DNA of 64,000 bases from positions 11,284,001 through 11,348,000 of the forward strand of contig NC_135256.1 of NCBI RefSeq assembly GCF_964204865.1, read 5' to 3'. Shown piece by piece: positions 31,443 to 45,500 of this stretch. Below the pieces are notes generated by a model. That model was not told the origin of the DNA. It saw only the letters and a list, made by a program, of their open reading frames with translations, and made no database searches. How positions within the stretch are numbered: the stretch's first letter is position 1; every line of letters starts with the position of its first letter. The position numbers and the translations under genes are program-made. This DNA comes from Styela clava. Lineage: Eukaryota.

Positions 31443-31779
31443 GATGCAATTGCAAATTAGTTATTTCTAATCTAATATCTGGTCCAGAAAGCACAATTAA
31501 TATTTGTTTGCTTTGATATTCAATTATAGTAAATCTTGACCAAAACCATAATTGTAAAAATGGAGTCAATCATCGTGAAAAATATACCAAGAAACAAAGT
31601 GTTATTGTTGAATATTTCACCCAATATATGCAATAACAAATATTCTGTTCAGTATAGCTATACAGTAATAAATACTGGTATGTGATCGATGTTTAGGAAT
31701 TATTTCCAGATATATCGAAAATGCACACGGCATTGCTGTTTTTATGTTTTCAAAAACAAAACTAACAAATTCACTTTCA

Positions 31780-32880
31780 TTAACTTTCTTGTGCTTTTAA
31801 AGATTCTAAATTTTTATTCAACTCTTGCGCAATTGCCTTAACAGTGTCAAGTATTCTATCGCGATCTTTTTCACTCAATCTCTCTCCGCATTTTTGTTCA
31901 AATTTATCAGGATGCCATAATACCAATTGTCTTATTATCGCACGTTTTCTATCATTACTGGAACTATCAACAGATTGTCCACTCAATAAAACTTCGACCA
32001 TTTCCGTGGCATTGCCTTGACAAGGCCAAGGTATATCTCGAAATCTGAGTTTATCATCACTCGGAGATTTCATAGAAGTCATCTTCTTTTCATAACGTTC
32101 TCGTTTTTGTGCCAAAACTTCCGTTTTCATTCGTTTGACCTGAGATACGTATTCACTATTGTTTTTACGTAGATGTGCAGAAACATCATCAAATTCTTCT
32201 CTACGTTTTCTGCTCTGAAATTCTTTTCGCCTTTTCTTGTTCTCCATTCCAATATTTTTTCTTTGATAATCCCTGAATATTCTTCCAGCCCATTGATCGT
32301 AATTTTGATAGTCGTCATCTGAGAATGAAGATATGTTTGAAGAAAATGATAAACCTTTCGTTTGTTCATTATATTCAGACTCTGTTTCTTGGAGAAGTTT
32401 AGAATTCCATGATTCCTCCTGTTCAGCTTTTTCTTGTACGAGATCTTCCTCTTCTTGATCAAATTTGCAGAACATTTTATATTTTTCTCTTGCTTGTAGA
32501 AGAATTTCAGATGGTGTTTTGCCTTTTTTATTCTTTTGTGACAAAAGCTCAGGTTGCTTTTGAATCAGAGGCTCAATAAGTAGTTTGTAATCCTGATAAT
32601 TCCCATCGTCACAAATGAACTGAGCCGCAATATGCACAGGAGTATCATTATTTTTGTCTTTTCTATCACTTGAAGCGCCATATTTAAGAAGACATCTGAC
32701 AACAGCGTCATCACCCAGAAGACAAGCAATATGAAGTGGCGTACGGTTCAAATCGCCAATTTTGAAACCTAGATTGAATTTATGTTCTCTTTTTCCATTC
32801 AATTTCTCCAACAGGGATTTGATTTTTAGCAATGAACCACTCTGAATATATTTCACAAGTTTTCTTTGATCACTGTTCAT
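31780..32880 (-). CDS. NFKBIL1: NF-kappa-B inhibitor-like protein 1 (ankyrin repeats + C-terminal WHPDKF J-like domain), single coding exon
   Basis: 366-aa ORF with TPLHIAC/TPVHIAA ankyrin repeats, LRFRDIPWP and RQLVLWHPDKFEQKCG motifs. Confidence 0.9.
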   Translation of the reverse strand: MNSDQRKLVKYIQSGSLLKIKSLLEKLNGKREHKFNLGFKIGDLNRTPLHIACLLGDDAVVRCLLKYGASSDRKDKNNDTPVHIAAQFICDDGNYQDYKLLIEPLIQKQPELLSQKNKKGKTPSEILLQAREKYKMFCKFDQEEEDLVQEKAEQEESWNSKLLQETESEYNEQTKGLSFSSNISSFSDDDYQNYDQWAGRIFRDYQRKNIGMENKKRRKEFQSRKRREEFDDVSAHLRKNNSEYVSQVKRMKTEVLAQKRERYEKKMTSMKSPSDDKLRFRDIPWPCQGNATEMVEVLLSGQSVDSSSNDRKRAIIRQLVLWHPDKFEQKCGERLSEKDRDRILDTVKAIAQELNKNLESLKAQES

Positions 32881-33800
32881 GATTATAATTACTGAATTAC
32901 CTAGCCTATATAAAGATTTTCAGTATCTGATAAGTGTATAAATTGAGTTATGTCAGTATGTCGAGAAAGCTAAACTATTATAACCCATCATAAGCGCCTC
33001 CTATTACAGTATTACTGTATTAGGATAGGATTTACATATTCATCCTATGGAAACGGAAATTTGATAAGACAGTTTCATCATATAGTGAACCACGAACTCT
33101 CGTTTGGTTACCAGTCCATATCGGGTATGAAATAAATTGGCCAGTTATTTATTTCAGATGCATGAACCTTAATCAATTTTATTTCGGTCACTCTGAAAGA
33201 AACAAAACAACAACAAACGGATAAACAAAATGCAGAGGACCTGGAGGACGAGCATAACCTAATAAGAAAGTTAAAAAGGAACAAGTAGCCCATGGGCCCG
33301 TTCACCAAGAACAGTCAAAAGAACACAATAAAACAAAAGCCCAATGTAAAATCGGGCAATGTGAAATCGGGCAATACCTTTTAAATCAATGTTAAAATGT
33401 GAAATGTGTACGTGTATAACAACAGTGCTTTTCCTACAAGAATATGGAATAAAAAACACTCATTGACGTAAAATGGTGATTCTGTAGTTCAATTACATTG
33501 CAAAAACAACACGGTGACAAAAAATCATTACTAAAAAACAAGCTCGTTAAATAGATTGAATGTTTCATAACAGTCTATGGACAAATCACGGACTGGGGTA
33601 CCGCGTTCTTTTGTCATTTTCGATCAGTTCATTTTAAAATAACTGTATCCATTCCAATGATGATATTATAAGGATGGGTAGCGTTAACCGACCAGCATGC
33701 AATATTTTTGAATGTTACTACGTCCGTATGGTATGCAGGTAGGCCTATGTCCAGAACCACAAACAGACAAACAAATGTCTCTTGTGAAGTGAAGCTGGAT

Positions 33801-34180
33801 CTACAGGAGTGGTGACTCCTCCACGGCCCATGGGCCGGGGCCACGACCCATCTAATTGGGCCACATGGCCACGGCCCCATCAGGAAAAATTCAATTATCT
33901 TAACAAAATTTTCAATTTTTACCAAATTGTCAATATTCAAACCAAAAAAATATACTCCTGTAGTATGTGTACCAGGTTAGGGTTAGGACAAAAAAATTCA
34001 GATTTTTTACATTATAGTTCTATTACTGTATTACGAGTTCGGGGACTGTCTATGTTAGCCAAGTGAATAGTTTCTTTACACAACTTGATGGGCCGCGGCC
34101 CATAGCCTGATGGGCCGAGGCCCAATTCGATGGGCCGTGCCCCCGGCCTATGGGCCGCAGAGGAGTCACCACTCCCACTC
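33801..34180. mobile_element. GC-rich palindromic MITE containing a fragment of the Merlin-like family
   Basis: Inverted repeat GGAGTGGTGACTCCTC (33806) / GAGGAGTCACCACTCC (to 34175) with GGCCCAT/ATGGGCC subterminal repeats; flanking direct repeat AGCTGGAT. Confidence 0.7.
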
Positions 34181-35926
34181 AGCTGGATAACAAATTTATA
34201 TCAATGGGCCTAATATTGCTGTACTTTATTACAACGAGACATGCAAATCACTGGATACTTCAGTACCGTATTGTTTGGATCAGTACCCCGTTTTTAATGA
34301 AAATGAAATCTGAAAAATTCACCTTCAAAATTCGGCCATCTCCCATCTGACTGTTCTACCACACACATCGCGGTTCCTTTAATTACCGGAACGGACCCTA
34401 AATTACCGGAACAGGGTGGAAAGCATACATAAACCTACCGGAACGGACCTTTAGATGTCTCGCAAATGTCATTTCATATACTTCCATCCAAGTTTTATAT
34501 TAAATCGGCAGGAACCCCACACATCGCACAGTCTGACAGTCGCCGCCTCATGTCTGCCAACTTTAACTCTGATTTTTCTCGTGCTTGTATCATTTTTAAA
34601 TTTATTGATGCCCCTGACTGACTGAGGTAAACGAATTCAATACGGCCTTGTCTCTAACATCGATAGTTAAATTGAGTAATGCTCGATCATTTGACAGGGA
34701 ATGTGACGGTAAACTGTTTGCGTTGAGCGTAATATTAATAACATGAAAATGACTTACCAATTGCCTATATTTGATCGAAGAGTAACTAACCCACTAACCG
34801 TAAATAAAGAACGCAAGTATGAGTTTATGCTGATTAGATATTCGCCCTTTGCTGTGGCAATCATTCAAGTTCCGAGTCAATTTTTTTGTCAATATGATTG
34901 GTTAAAAAACAGCTGCGTAGGAAGAACCCTTTTACAACAAATATTATCCTCGGTTGGGTACATAACCGAACCTTATGAAGTTGTACTAGGTGTGATACCC
35001 AGAGAGGTATTATTTATTCATTTATTGATGAAATAATCCATCGTCGCCTACCACCAGCGGAAAGCAGTGGTCATGGCCGCGATTCCTTCACACTATCACA
35101 CACAACTTCACTGTAAAACGCCTCACATAATGATTATCTTTTTCAAGCTATATATCTCATCTGCTGCCTTCCCAGGTCAAATACAGCTGTATAGCATTTT
35201 AGAACGATCTTCCACAACAGTGTAACCAAAATTTTATATTCCAACTAAAACATATATCTTACCAATGTCAGGACCGCTATGAGTATACGGACCACTTGCA
35301 GAATAAATCGCAACTACATCAGATTCATATAATAAAACTGCACTATTCTCGAAGCAGAGGCTTCTCAACTTTTAAGGCCGACAATCATTGTGGACACTCA
35401 GCCCCGAGTGTAACTTACCAAGGGGAACATTTCAAGTATATGCACAGGTGCTGGGATTGATTATCACCCGATCAACGCTAACCACAAAAGACACTGAATA
35501 AGATAGACTTGATACCAAGTGATTCAAATTTATTTTACAAAAGCCAGAAGGAATGCACAAAACAGTCAGCGCAGTCGCAATACAATTTAAATGTAAGGTA
35601 GATAACCAAGAAAATCAGTTTAAAAGAAAACCGCTCAAACGATCACAACTAAGATACTCAGGAACACCCCAAAACACATATTATAGCATTTACGTTGGCA
35701 CACATCAGAGTTGGTGTCACGACTTCTCACTAGTAATAAAACAAACAAAAAGCAATTTACAAGGGAGAAAAATTAGTGGGGTTTGTTACAGATAAACCAG
35801 ACTCTGCTACAGTGTATCATTAATACCAGGCAGTGCACACGTATCTGAAGACTGGAGAATCTCGCATGTTCAGCTAAGAATGACTCAATGTATATTTTCG
35901 ACCAGAGACTTGATGAAACATAATGC

Positions 35927-38900
35927 CTAGTCAGAGTCATTAAAAGTAGTCTTCTTTCCACCTCCACCTCCTCCATAACTGCCACGACCACCCCCTCTTC
36001 CACGTCCACCACCTCTTCCTCCGAAACCCCCACCACCTCGTCCTCCGTAACCCCCGCCACCTCGTCCTCTGAAACCCCCACCACCTCGTCCACCTCTGAA
36101 GCCGCCTCCACCTCGTCCACCTCTGAAACCGCCTCCTCGACCTGGAAAGTAAAATTGAAAGGTGAATGCAATCGCAATCACAAAACGGAATTTACTGGTG
36201 TTCAGAAATAGAATTATAATTGAAAATTAACAATATACCAATCACGAGTTGTGAATTCAGCAACAAATGGTTCTTATTTTCAGTTTATTCTTAAAGAGAT
36301 ATCATTCAGCATGAGGGATGACTCACAGTAAAAGGTAAAATGAATCATTGTTGCCATATCAGACTCCTTAATTAGTTGAAGGAGCAAAATATCTTACCAC
36401 CGCCGCCGCCGCTTTCTCGTCTCTTAGTAGCATAGTCAACATAAAAAGTAGTTGAACCGTCTTCTGCTTCTATTCCACCTTTAGCTGATGTGTAGCATTT
36501 TGTCGCATCACTTTCTGATTCGAATTCGATATAGGCAAAACTGGACAAAAAAGTAGCGAATTAGTCAAGAATTTGAGCGAGTGTGCCTATAAGTGAAAGC
36601 TCAAAAGAAGTTGAAAAATACTAACTGTTTATTTTTTCCGGTTTCTCTGTCAGTTATCATTCTGACTTCGGAAGCCCCTTCAAAATGTTTTGAAAGATCC
36701 GCTTGAGACATATCTTCAGTTACGCCTTTAACAAAGAGAGTTGACGACGTTTGTTCTGAAACAAGAAGTTATTATATGTAATACCTCATACAATTGTTTA
36801 TTTGAATAGAGTCAGATAAAAAAAACTTACGATCTCCATATCCCCCGCCTCTTCCTCCGCCACCATAACCTCCGCCGCCACGACCTCCTCTACCTCCACC
36901 TCCTCCTCTCGCCGGTTTTGAGCTTCTGCTATCTGTGTAATCAACATGGAGTTGTCTTCCTTCCAGTTCATATTCATCTTTATTTTTCATAGCATTTTCC
37001 AAAGATTCTGGATCATTGAATTGAACGAACGCAATTCTGCGGAATACAAACAATTTGGTTGTTTGAAAGTAGTTCACGAAAACTATGTCTCAAAAAGCAT
37101 TATCGTCAATATGTACCCTTTGAAATGGCCAGTCGCACGATCTTTTAATAATCGTACTTCTTCGACATTGTTGAAAACGCCATACAAGTCATCTTCTGAT
37201 GCAGAATACGGCAAGTTACGGACAAACATTGTTCTTGAATCTCTATCTGAAGTGTTTCCTCCATCTCCTATCAAACAAATATTTCAGATTTTTAATTGTA
37301 GTTCAGTATAAATTACCCAAATGTTTTAAAACTTGAAAAAAAACATAGAATTTCATAATGAGCAGTAGCAAAATACAAAAGGTATATCTGTTCCACAATT
37401 AACAACCGACTTACGAGCTTGATCATTTCTTGGTTTTGCTTCTTCGACCGCTAATTCACTACCTTTCCATTCAACTTGATTCAACACGAGCGCTTTTCCT
37501 TTATCGTCCACATTTATGTCTACAAAAGCTTTGCTGTGAAATAAAATAATAATGACTTGAAAATAAGTGAATCAACCAAGAAATATCACAATAATTTGCG
37601 TCATAATACAAAACGCATAAATGCTCACCATCGCCCATAGTTAGCTCTGCAGGCCCGACACTGTATTCCTTTACTTTTTAAAAATTTATTAAAAGTGTTG
37701 TCATCAGTTCCTTCTGGAAGTCCAGAGAACATAATCGTCACCAATTCGCCTGAAATTGCAATATGAAAAAAATTCTGTTAAATAGTTTTTCTAATGAAGT
37801 TACAGTTTATTGCATTGTATATCATTGGAAACAATACTAAGGAAATTTAGTGAATCGTTATTACACGCATTTTATAAACAGTATCGGACTATATTAAGCA
37901 ACATTAGCTTTACTTCAAATATTTTTGTATCGACATCACCCACCCAATTTTTCAGATTTAATCTGGCATTAAGCCTCATAACTTGTTGCCACAACTTTTT
38001 TTCAATAGTGGTCATTTCACCCATGATCGTTTGCCGAAAACTAGATATCGATAAAATTTCTCAAACCTTGTGGCGCATCATCTTTCATCTTCTTCGCCTT
38101 CGTATGTTCTTCAGTAGCTTGTTTTCGTTTTCTGTTATTATTTTTTTCATCTTCCTACAGCCAAATTAATAATAAAATTATGCTGCGTGTTTGCTCTGAC
38201 ATGGTAATTTACAATAACGCAAAGATGGGAAATAAATAAAATATATGACTGTGCAAATAATAAAAAAAGACATTCAATGTTTAGTAAAATGATTCAGTAC
38301 CTGCTCTTCTTCCTCCCCAGAATCACTCTCATCCTCGTCATCATCATCATCATCGTCGTCATCATCTACTTCCATTTTCTGAGCTTTCTTGGTCTAAAAT
38401 CATGATAGCATAAAATGGTTGCCTTATGGTAATGACTCAAATGTAATGTTACACTGACTGTGAAATAACTTTCAAACCCTATACCACTATTATTCGCAGC
38501 TGCTGGTGCTGGTCTCGCTGGAGTAGTCGAAATTTGGAATTTTCAGGAGTCAGAATTTCATACTTTTCGTGGTAATTAATTGAAGTCAAATTTGAATGGA
38601 AACTTTGAAATTGAATTGATTAAGCGTTAACATTAAAGTAGGCTTGCATGAGTCAAAGTATTTATTATTAAAACTAGATTTCTTCAATAATTCAGAGCTA
38701 GAGCCATTCCCATCAACCTGGAGTCAATGTCAAATATTTTTTTCGAATTCAAGTTTAGAGTTTATTGTGGAATATCCCCAATGTTCTGAGTACACAAAAA
38801 TTTTACATCTGTAAAACATTGTGATGGTATGGTAACCTAAATCTCCTCGCAGCATTTTAAATCCATACTAAGATACAAATTTGAGTAAGAGAATTGAGTT

Positions 38901-41600
38901 TCCAACCTTAGAGTCTTCCTCATCATCGTCGTCGTCATCATCATCATCGTCATCGCTGTCTTCTTCTTCCTCTTTCTTTGCATCTCCAGCAGCTTTCTTA
39001 TCTTTCTTCGTCTGTTGATGAAAATCAAAGCGTCATGACGAACTCGAAAAAAAAACTTCGAATTTCTAGCCTTGAAATTTTTCGGAAACCATCTTATGAT
39101 GGAAATTTTGTGGTCAAAAATTGATTTCAAGTTGACAACTCAAGTTTTAAATATATATATATATATATAGGCATATATATGTTTCAACATATAAAGAATA
39201 ATGAGGTTGAAGTATATGGAACCAGTTTGGATTCAATTAATATAACGATAGATTGCAATGGCACTAGACCAAGCCCTAGTTACATGAATTCACGAGGAAA
39301 TCCGAAAAATATATGTTTTATGTAAGTTTTTCATTCATTACCTCTTCCTCACTGTCATCATCATCATCGTCGTCATCATCATCACTGTCTTCCTCTTCGT
39401 CATCAGCTTTTGCTGCATTTTTTACTTTGCCGTTTGTTCCTTTCTGCATTGAAAAAAATTTTGGTTATCATGGCACCTAAATAAGTATTTAAAAGGTACT
39501 TGAGCAGTTACTTTGACTGTTTTTATTCTCATTTGATAATTTGGTTTTCTACAACAATGAACATTCACAAGATATCACTTTACAGAGCATAAGTATTTGA
39601 ACCTGCCAAACTAGATTCCAATATTTGCAAAATATTTTGGTACTCCTACAGTATGCGTACAAAGATGGCGGACACGGGAACGTAGTATGTATACCAGATT
39701 AGGGTTATGCCATAATTTCAGGTACAAATGCTACGGGAGTCACTTGGCTGTCCCTGAACTCGTAATAAAACTAAAATAAGGAAAATTGAAATAAAATTAT
39801 GGCCTAACCCGAACCTGGTACACATACTACATTCCGGTGTCCGCCATCTTGGTTCGCATACTACAGAAGCACCAATATTGTTGTGTAGGCAAGGGCATTA
39901 TATGTGTCAAAACATTATCTACATTACCATAGCTATAGTATTTATATGTATACTGTATTATTTATCACACATTTTCGTCCTGTCATACAACATAACAATC
40001 TTATTTTTGCTGGCGAATTTATTACCTTGACTTCCTCCTCCTCATCACTATCGTCATCATCATCATCGTCGTCGTCATCACTGTCTTCTTCCTCTTGTTT
40101 CTTTGCCGCTTTTGTTGTTTTCTTCTTTTGTGTTTTTTGCACCTGAAATTTGATATGGTTGAATTGTTATGCCAGCTGAAATGAAACACCCTTACATCAC
40201 AGATTTAGTAAGGCTTGGACAATAACACTAATGAAAATAAAAAATGGAAGATAGGTTTTTCATATCTGTTTCACACCTGCATCCTGAATAAGACTCACCA
40301 GCAGTCAATAAGCATTTGGAATATTGGCACTCCAGAAGTGTGTGTACCAATGTGGAGGTAAATAATTTTGTTCGCCTACTTTAAATCAAGTTGTGTAAAG
40401 GGACTGAAACCTATGGGCAGGGGTTATATTCACTTGGCTAACACGGACAGTCCCCGAACACGTAATATAACAAAAATAAGAAAAATCGGAATTAAATTAT
40501 GGCCTAACCCTAACCTGATACACTTACTACGGGAGAACCAGAATATCATGTGTTGAAAAAACAGGAATTTTCCCAAGTATAATATTACATCCAGATGTTG
40601 AATACTTTTAGTAGCAAAGCAGTGGTACGCAAAACAAGGCTTATAAGCAAGGTATAGCCAGTGGGCTTAATAATCTCAGTAAAAAACAAGGAGTCGCTAT
40701 TAAAAATGCTCAATAGGCAAGTCAGGGATTGGGAGGTGATTCGAAATCACAGAGGCTTTGGAGGTGGTTCGAAATCACAGGGGCTTCAGCTTCGGCCCAA
40801 TGCCCATTGACGCTTTTAGGTGTTACCACTACCATTAAACATCAGCCCAAATGCAGTGGGACTTAAAAATATTACATAAGGATTTCAAAATTAAACTTTT
40901 AAATATATAAAATTGAACATAAAATTTAGTTTATATGTATGAAGTATTGGAAAACTACTCAGATGGTGAGGAAGTGGAGTCACTAAAATTTCTGGTAGCT
41001 ACGGCACCATCTGATATGATGAGCTTGGCTCAAACTCCACCAAAATGCCACAGCTCCATGCTTCCATTCTCGACTCCAGCCCTGAGGCAAGTAATCAAAA
41101 TACGAGTAATACTGGACAAAACTGAATCTGTCATATTTCTGAAAATCTATACCTTGACTTCTTCCTCTTCCTCCTCACTTTCCTCCTCTTCACTACTTTC
41201 TTCTTTCGGTGGTGGATCAGGTTTTACCTGTTTCTTTGCTTTTGCATTTTTTGTTTTCTTGTCTTTTCCCTATTAAATGATTTTGATAATAAAAATTAAA
41301 GTTAAACAAAAATTGAGGATTCTATATGATACATATATATGACAAATAATAACAATGTTATACTAAGACAAATAAATACGACAAGTATTTTTAATGAGCT
41401 TTCAAAACTTGTTTGTGATTAGATCTTTAGGAATAGCAAGCCATGAATCTGAATCATCAGTTTTACCCAACAAATACTTTTAAACAAACTGAACAAGATT
41501 TATATAAAATTGATAGAATTATAATTCCAAAATCCTAAGAAAAATAGAATACAATACTTAGACAATGAAGAATACTCACTTTGGATTTCATCTGGACCAT
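35927..41600 (-). CDS. NCL: Nucleolin (acidic N-terminal repeats, three RRMs, C-terminal RGG/GAR domain), multi-exon
   Basis: First coding exon MVQMKSK|gtgag (ATG 41600); several Lys-rich/poly-Asp-Glu exons; RRMs with MFVRNLPYS...KGIAFVQF and LFVKGV...FAYIEF; RGG tail ending GKKTTFNDSD*. Confidence 0.92.
39639..39873. mobile_element. Merlin-like MITE (long-TIR subfamily) in a nucleolin intron
   Basis: GGTACTCCTACAGTATGCGTAC...AAGATGGCGGACAC / GTGTCCGCCATCTT...GCATACTACAGAAGCACC; TSD AATATTTT/AATATTGT. Confidence 0.75.
40326..40539. mobile_element. Merlin-like MITE
   Basis: Homologous to the 16011/20416/24689 copies; degenerate TSD GGAATATT/AGAATATC. Confidence 0.75.
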
Positions 41601-42403
41601 TGTGATTTACAAATTCTGATGTTAAGTAATATAGGTGCTTTTGTACCTTTTAGTTATTGGACTGTTAGTTAAGTTTTCTAAAATTCAGAATCATAAGATC
41701 AGGTAAATAAAATTCTCAAGGCCTTTATTCTCGGAAGGACAAGTTTAATTGATTGGAATGAGTCATCCAACTTAAAAATTATAACATATTTAAACTCTTA
41801 AGTGGGGTTGAACGGAAAAACATCAGTACATCATCTGTTGAAGGGAAAGACATCATAAACTCAATAAATATTGGCGCATCTGGCCATAATACACAACAGA
41901 TTAATACATCTAATACAATCAGATAAATTTATTATTATTAATAAATTCCTAGATTGCAAGTCCTAGGCAATGTCTCTAATACAACAGTTAAACAAAAGCA
42001 TAGGATATTGAATTAGATGAAAAACGTGTTTATTATAAATGATCATTCGTTTTTAAGAACAGATAATAAGGACAGAAATATGAAATTCATATGTATATAT
42101 TGTTATTAAAAGTCAAAATTTTACGACATTTTACAATCATTGTACTTTTCGTTTTCACTTTTGAAAACTAATTGCTGAAAATCATTTCGCAGTGAAGAAT
42201 AGAAACTCAAATAAAAGGATTGACAAAAAGCACTTTTCTCCGCTTCTGAAATTCCTGTATATAAATGCAGATAAATATGTGGAAAAAAATTGATATCTGG
42301 CTCAAAATTGTGGAAAACATCCATTCAATCCTGAAATTGTTTGGATGAATTGCCAAAATTTAAAACAAACAACAATTCGTTATCAATGGCCGATGAAGGC
42401 AGA

Positions 42404-42509
42404 TTTACTGAAGATGCCCAAAAATTACTCCAGAGCGTAACTTACGTTGATGGGACTTTACTGAAGATGCCCAAAAATTACCCCAGGGCGTAACTTACGT
42501 TGATGGGAC
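42404..42509. repeat. 53-bp direct tandem duplication upstream of the nucleolin start
   Basis: TTTACTGAAGATGCCCAAAAATTAC...CGTAACTTACGTTGATGGGAC x2 with 2 substitutions. Confidence 0.9.
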
Positions 42510-45500
42510 CAACATCAAATAATTGGAAAAATAAAAACGAAAATTCAAGTAATCTACGTCAACGGACAAAATAAGCAAATGCTGTGGAATTATGTGATAG
42601 CCTATATTAGATTCTGAGATTCATGCCAACTGTACTACAGTCTACAACCACTCAATGCCTGTCAGCCGGAGGCAAATCATGATTTTTAATCCATATTTAA
42701 CCTTTTATTTTTTTCTGACATGTTACATGTCTTTTAATTTTTCTTAATACATAAAACAATCAAAAAAACGCTTTCTCAAACACTCATGCGATTATTCAAG
42801 AAACCACAAATGACAGAAGTAGAAAACAACAGATACGCCTAATTATCAACAATATACAATGAAAACTAGGGCACTGTAGTTGTCATATAAATACAACAGA
42901 CTGACAGAGAAACGACCGCGCAATGGCCGACATCGAGCTTACCGTAATTATTTATTTATTTTCTGAGGTAGGTTACGGTAGCATTCCTCATCAATTTTGT
43001 TAACGTCGCATAACCGTTGCTACTTCTATATCAATCATAGCCTAAGTAAAAAACATTATTATACCATTATCCGCAGTCGTCCCAAATTCCTTCAAGTGCG
43101 TTCTGACAAACACGCATGCAGTTACGAAACAGCCGATCGAAAAAATTCCGAAAGCCACGGCGCTCCCACGTGCTTGACTTGCAGCATGAGACCCGCAGGC
43201 AGTGCTGCGGAGACACTAAATTGCAGAAAAAGAGACCGTATATTACTAAATTAAATATACGTGTTCATGGTCGTTATCGAAAAAGGCGCAGCTCAGCAAT
43301 ATTAGTCATGGTAGGCAATAAAAATATTCTTGTTGTGACTTATCAAATGAATGTATAGCATTAATTACAATTAATTAAGCAATAATAAATAGGTTGAGTT
43401 TAGACCAGTTTTCGAAATTGAGTGGGACTTAAATCAAGGTCTCCCGGATCCTCGAGTGATAAATTTATTGATTCGTCAACTAAAAACAATCATGAATGGA
43501 AGTAAAAATTGGTATTGATTTTGCATATGCCAAATATTCGGTAACAATGTTAGCGGAAAACAACGAATCAAACAAAACCACGCGTTCACTGGACCGAATC
43601 CGGACCTTTCGAGTATTTGATTCGGACCGCCCCTAATTATTTATTCTGGATCATTAGCCCCACTTTTCAAGTTTCTTTTTATAAATTGACTTTTATAGTT
43701 TTGAATATATATTATATGTAAAGAACTATAACACCATAATAAACAATCTTGATGAGATAATAATCATTAGCCGGTCGAGGAAGTGTGCGAATAAGGATGC
43801 CGAAATATAATTTTTGGAAAGACCGGACCCAAATAATTTTCAAGTATTGTATGCAGATCTTCGATGAAATAGTTGAGTAGCCCTGCGCTACACTATACAG
43901 TACTAGGGTTGCCAATTGCCCTATTTTTCCCTGGCATGTCCGGGATTTTAGTGGTCAAATTTGCGTCAGGGAGAAATGTTAAAAAGTGCTCAAATATCAG
44001 GGATTTTCGAATACAGTGAATCCTGCTACAAATACTCGAGCATTCAGATATTGCGCATCCACGAAATCCTATTTTTCAGAGATATGTCACATGCTAGCAT
44101 TTTTGTGCAACACAGATTGCGTACCTCAATGATTGTACTACCATTATCTGTACAGCACTTTATTCCGTGTTAGGGTTTAGTCACTAGTGCTAAAGATTAA
44201 GCAACAATTTTGTTCTGTATTTATTCTTTTCTCGCGAGAAAGCGACGATAGGTTGTGCCTTTGGATACAGCGTGAATTTGTACCGTAATACCATGTTATG
44301 TGGTATGGTATGTTAGTCGTTGCGTAATACTGTACAGCAGCGTTTCCCAACCTGTGTTCCGCGAGCGTCTTCGAAGTGTTCCGTGGAAAAGGAATCTTAA
44401 TTTAATTACGATGACGATCTAAGAATCGTGAAATTGTCGCCCAACTGACCGTTCTATATCGCGTCATTGTCGGCCTAAAGTAGACTAACTGTAGACAAAT
44501 ACTAATACGGACTAACTAGGGCGAAGTAGTGGCATTTTCGTTAACCGTCGGCCTGGGTTGTTGACTGTTAAGTTCATTAGAGAGAGAGAGAGATTTATTT
44601 TTTCGTCAACCAAAAATAACAGTCATCGTAATAATAATAAAAAAAAAAAATAACAATAAGAAATAAATTAGTTTGGTATAGACAGGAGGGAGTGATACGA
44701 CCGGATGGTCATCAAAGTCAACTCCCCCCCTTCAAGCTATTATGTTTAAGATCCACAGTTTCAGATGACTAAAATATTGGGGAGGAACATTCTAGAATTT
44801 TAAATTATATTCTCAAAATAGAAGAAAAAAATTGGGGAGGGGAATGCTAGAGTAAATCATTTTTATTTATTTATGTGGAGCGGGATTTCAAAATCTGAAG
44901 AGATTCCAAAGGTTACTGAAAGAATTTAAATAATTTATACGCATATGTGATGAATTAGCAGAAATGCTTCATTTCATGGCATAGGTACGCATTGAAGATG
45001 TAACAAACATGATCTGCTTTGATTTGTCTAGATTAGGAGGGGGAAAAATAGTTAATAGGACCTAACAAGCATTATTTCAGCATAATGATCAACAATTTTT
45101 TGCTTGCAGAGGGATGTCAAAGTAGTATATAAAAAGACAAGTGAAAGATAAACAAAAATGTAAATAATTATAATAGTATGAGTTGATGTAACAGCAAATC
45201 AAATGTTTTTGATTTTTCTATAGGCAAACAAGTAGGTTTAAAGAATAAAGGCAAAGGGCCAACTGTTCTTCCTCCATCTCTGCCTGGTTTTACTTTGAAA
45301 TGCTGAAAAAATTATTTATTTTCGGTAAACTCTGTTCAGAAAACAAGAGAGCTATGCTCAAATATATGGACACGTAGCGCCACCCAATGGCAATGATTTT
45401 GGTGACGTCATAGCGAAAAAAAAAGTAATAGCCTTCTGGAGAAAAATTTTATCTTTAACCACTGAAAATTTCAAAGCAATTGGTCCAGTATTCGAAGAGA

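Noticed and set aside
36240-41900. Intronic snoRNAs in nucleolin (vertebrate NCL hosts snoRNAs); partial C/D-like motifs near 36255-36355, 41400-41460 and 41820-41860
   Set aside because: No candidate had a proper C box, a terminal D box with closing stem and a recognisable rRNA-complementary guide together. An Infernal/Rfam scan is needed.
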